This document shows positions 62,832 through 64,000 of a stretch of DNA of 64,000 bases, in pieces. The notes beneath the pieces were generated by a model. It was not told where the DNA came from. It made no database searches and worked only from the letters and a program-made list of their open reading frames with translations. Location of the stretch: NCBI GenBank assembly GCA_963771465.1, contig CAVYTU010000015.1:928001-992000 (forward strand), written 5' to 3'. The DNA comes from an uncultured delta proteobacterium. GTDB taxonomy: Bacteria; Desulfobacterota; Binatia; UBA9968. Within the stretch, counting starts at the first letter, position 1; each line of letters begins with the position of its first letter. The translations under genes were made by a program, and so were the position numbers.

Positions 62832-63887
62832 CTAGAGCCCGTAGAATCTGCGCGGATTATCGTCGAGGATCTTGCGCGCAACCGACGCTGAGATTTCTCC
62901 TTTTTCGGCGCGCTGCTCGATAACGTCGAGAGCCTGGATCTCCGCGGACTGGTCCGCATGGCTATAGTCGGTGCCGATCATTAAGCTGTCCTCGGTGCCG
63001 TACTTTAGAATGTAAGGAAGATCGTCGTTGGTTTGGCATGCGACATAGAAGCGGTTGCGGCGGAACAAGTCTTCCTTGAAGTCGATGGGAAGAAACGTTC
63101 GGCGAAGTTTTTTTGCCACCAGATCGGCATAGAGATACGGCACCCAGGAAGCGCCGGTTTCGATGAATCCCACTCTGAGTTTCGGAAACATATCCGGAAT
63201 GCCATGCTCGGCGAGCGCGCTGAACGCTGCGATGGCAACCATTCCTCCTCCCAGCCCGGATCCTTCCGCGGTGGCGGACTCGACGTTCCCCGTCGCATTG
63301 TGGATGCAGATGGGCAGGTCGAGGCGGCTCGCCTCGTCGTAGACCGGGAAGAAGTATGGATCGCTGGCGGCGCGGTCGCCGCATTCGATACCTTTCTTGA
63401 ATACGCCGCAGGCGCCGTGATCCTTCGCCCAGCGCAGCTCTTCCACTGACTTGTCGATGTCGAGCAGCGGCAAAACCGCGACCCAGCGCAGCCGCCCGCG
63501 GCTCTTCTCCGTGGCATTGGCGATCCAGCGATTGTAAGACTTGCAAAGCGCTACGTCGATTTCAGGTCGAGCGGTGAAAGCGTGAAGGAAAAGAGTCGGG
63601 TAAAGAACCTGCACGTCGACGCGCAACTCGTCCATGTGGCGTATTCGGGCTTCGACATCCAAGAGCTCGCGGGTCGCCTGCACAGTTCCGGTTCGCTGGT
63701 CATCGCGCCAGCGTCTGAGTCTGATGGTGCCGTCAATGAGCCAGAGGCGGTGCGGCCGGCTATCACCCGGCGCCGTCGCAGCGCCCGGATCGAGCGTGAC
63801 CGGCTTGAAGCGGCGCGCGCCATCATCGAGGTATTCCCAGGTAGCTTCCGATTCGTCTATATGAGCATCGACGTCTACGCGAAACAT
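62832..63887 (-). CDS. Amidohydrolase_2 family protein
   Basis: DVDAH, QVLYPT, SYNRW, ICIH, FPKLRVGFIE, GTDYSH; AAGGAGG RBS; TTGACA-N17-TAAACG upstream. Confidence 0.92.
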   Translation of the reverse strand: MFRVDVDAHIDESEATWEYLDDGARRFKPVTLDPGAATAPGDSRPHRLWLIDGTIRLRRWRDDQRTGTVQATRELLDVEARIRHMDELRVDVQVLYPTLFLHAFTARPEIDVALCKSYNRWIANATEKSRGRLRWVAVLPLLDIDKSVEELRWAKDHGACGVFKKGIECGDRAASDPYFFPVYDEASRLDLPICIHNATGNVESATAEGSGLGGGMVAIAAFSALAEHGIPDMFPKLRVGFIETGASWVPYLYADLVAKKLRRTFLPIDFKEDLFRRNRFYVACQTNDDLPYILKYGTEDSLMIGTDYSHADQSAEIQALDVIEQRAEKGEISASVARKILDDNPRRFYGL

Positions 63888-64000
63888 GTTTCCTCCTTGC
63901 GCACTCATCAAGAATTGCCGCGGTTGTGATTTTCATAAGTCTGACAAACGTCGTTTATGGCACAGCAAGGGAGCTGTCAAGGAGAGAAATCCTGCGGCAT

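Noticed and set aside
323-63929. Numerous long overlapping or antisense ORFs in the track (e.g. 5926..6702, 6006..6887, 15722..16582, 23844..24605, 35179..35976, 44327..45043)
   Set aside because: Shadow frames of GC-rich genes: Arg/Pro-rich, no RBS or recognisable motifs
1-64000. CRISPR array or cas genes
   Set aside because: No regularly spaced repeats with unique spacers; the repeats seen occur in at most two copies

Overview
GC-rich bacterial genomic window with no rRNA, tRNA or CRISPR array detected. The gene content suggests Binatota/Binatia-like Deltaproteobacteria (inference): 12 orphan periplasmic solute-binding proteins of three families, amidohydrolases, CapA, class II aldolase, MmgE/PrpD and GSTs. 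It also carries storage and stress genes (pgm, glgX, ppk2, cls, csbD, ferritin-like), phosphate-scavenging genes (phoD with a Pho-box-like site, GDPD), an ECF sigma/anti-sigma pair opposite a beta-propeller-cupredoxin gene, an SBP / CX8CX2C radical SAM / methyltransferase operon, an RhlA/PhaG-like acyltransferase, a decayed Y1 (RAYT-like) transposase between two REPIN-like elements, a scrambled NRPS-like A-PCP-TE gene, and a TIR-TM-lectin-like receptor followed by a SHOCT-PH gene. Manual reading added a 42-codon Zn-ribbon microprotein with an in-frame TGA at a Cys position, a two-TM microprotein, five sigma54 promoter motifs and paired ECF promoters. At least four single-base frameshifts and several nonsense codons indicate either consensus errors or gene decay, which tempers several calls.
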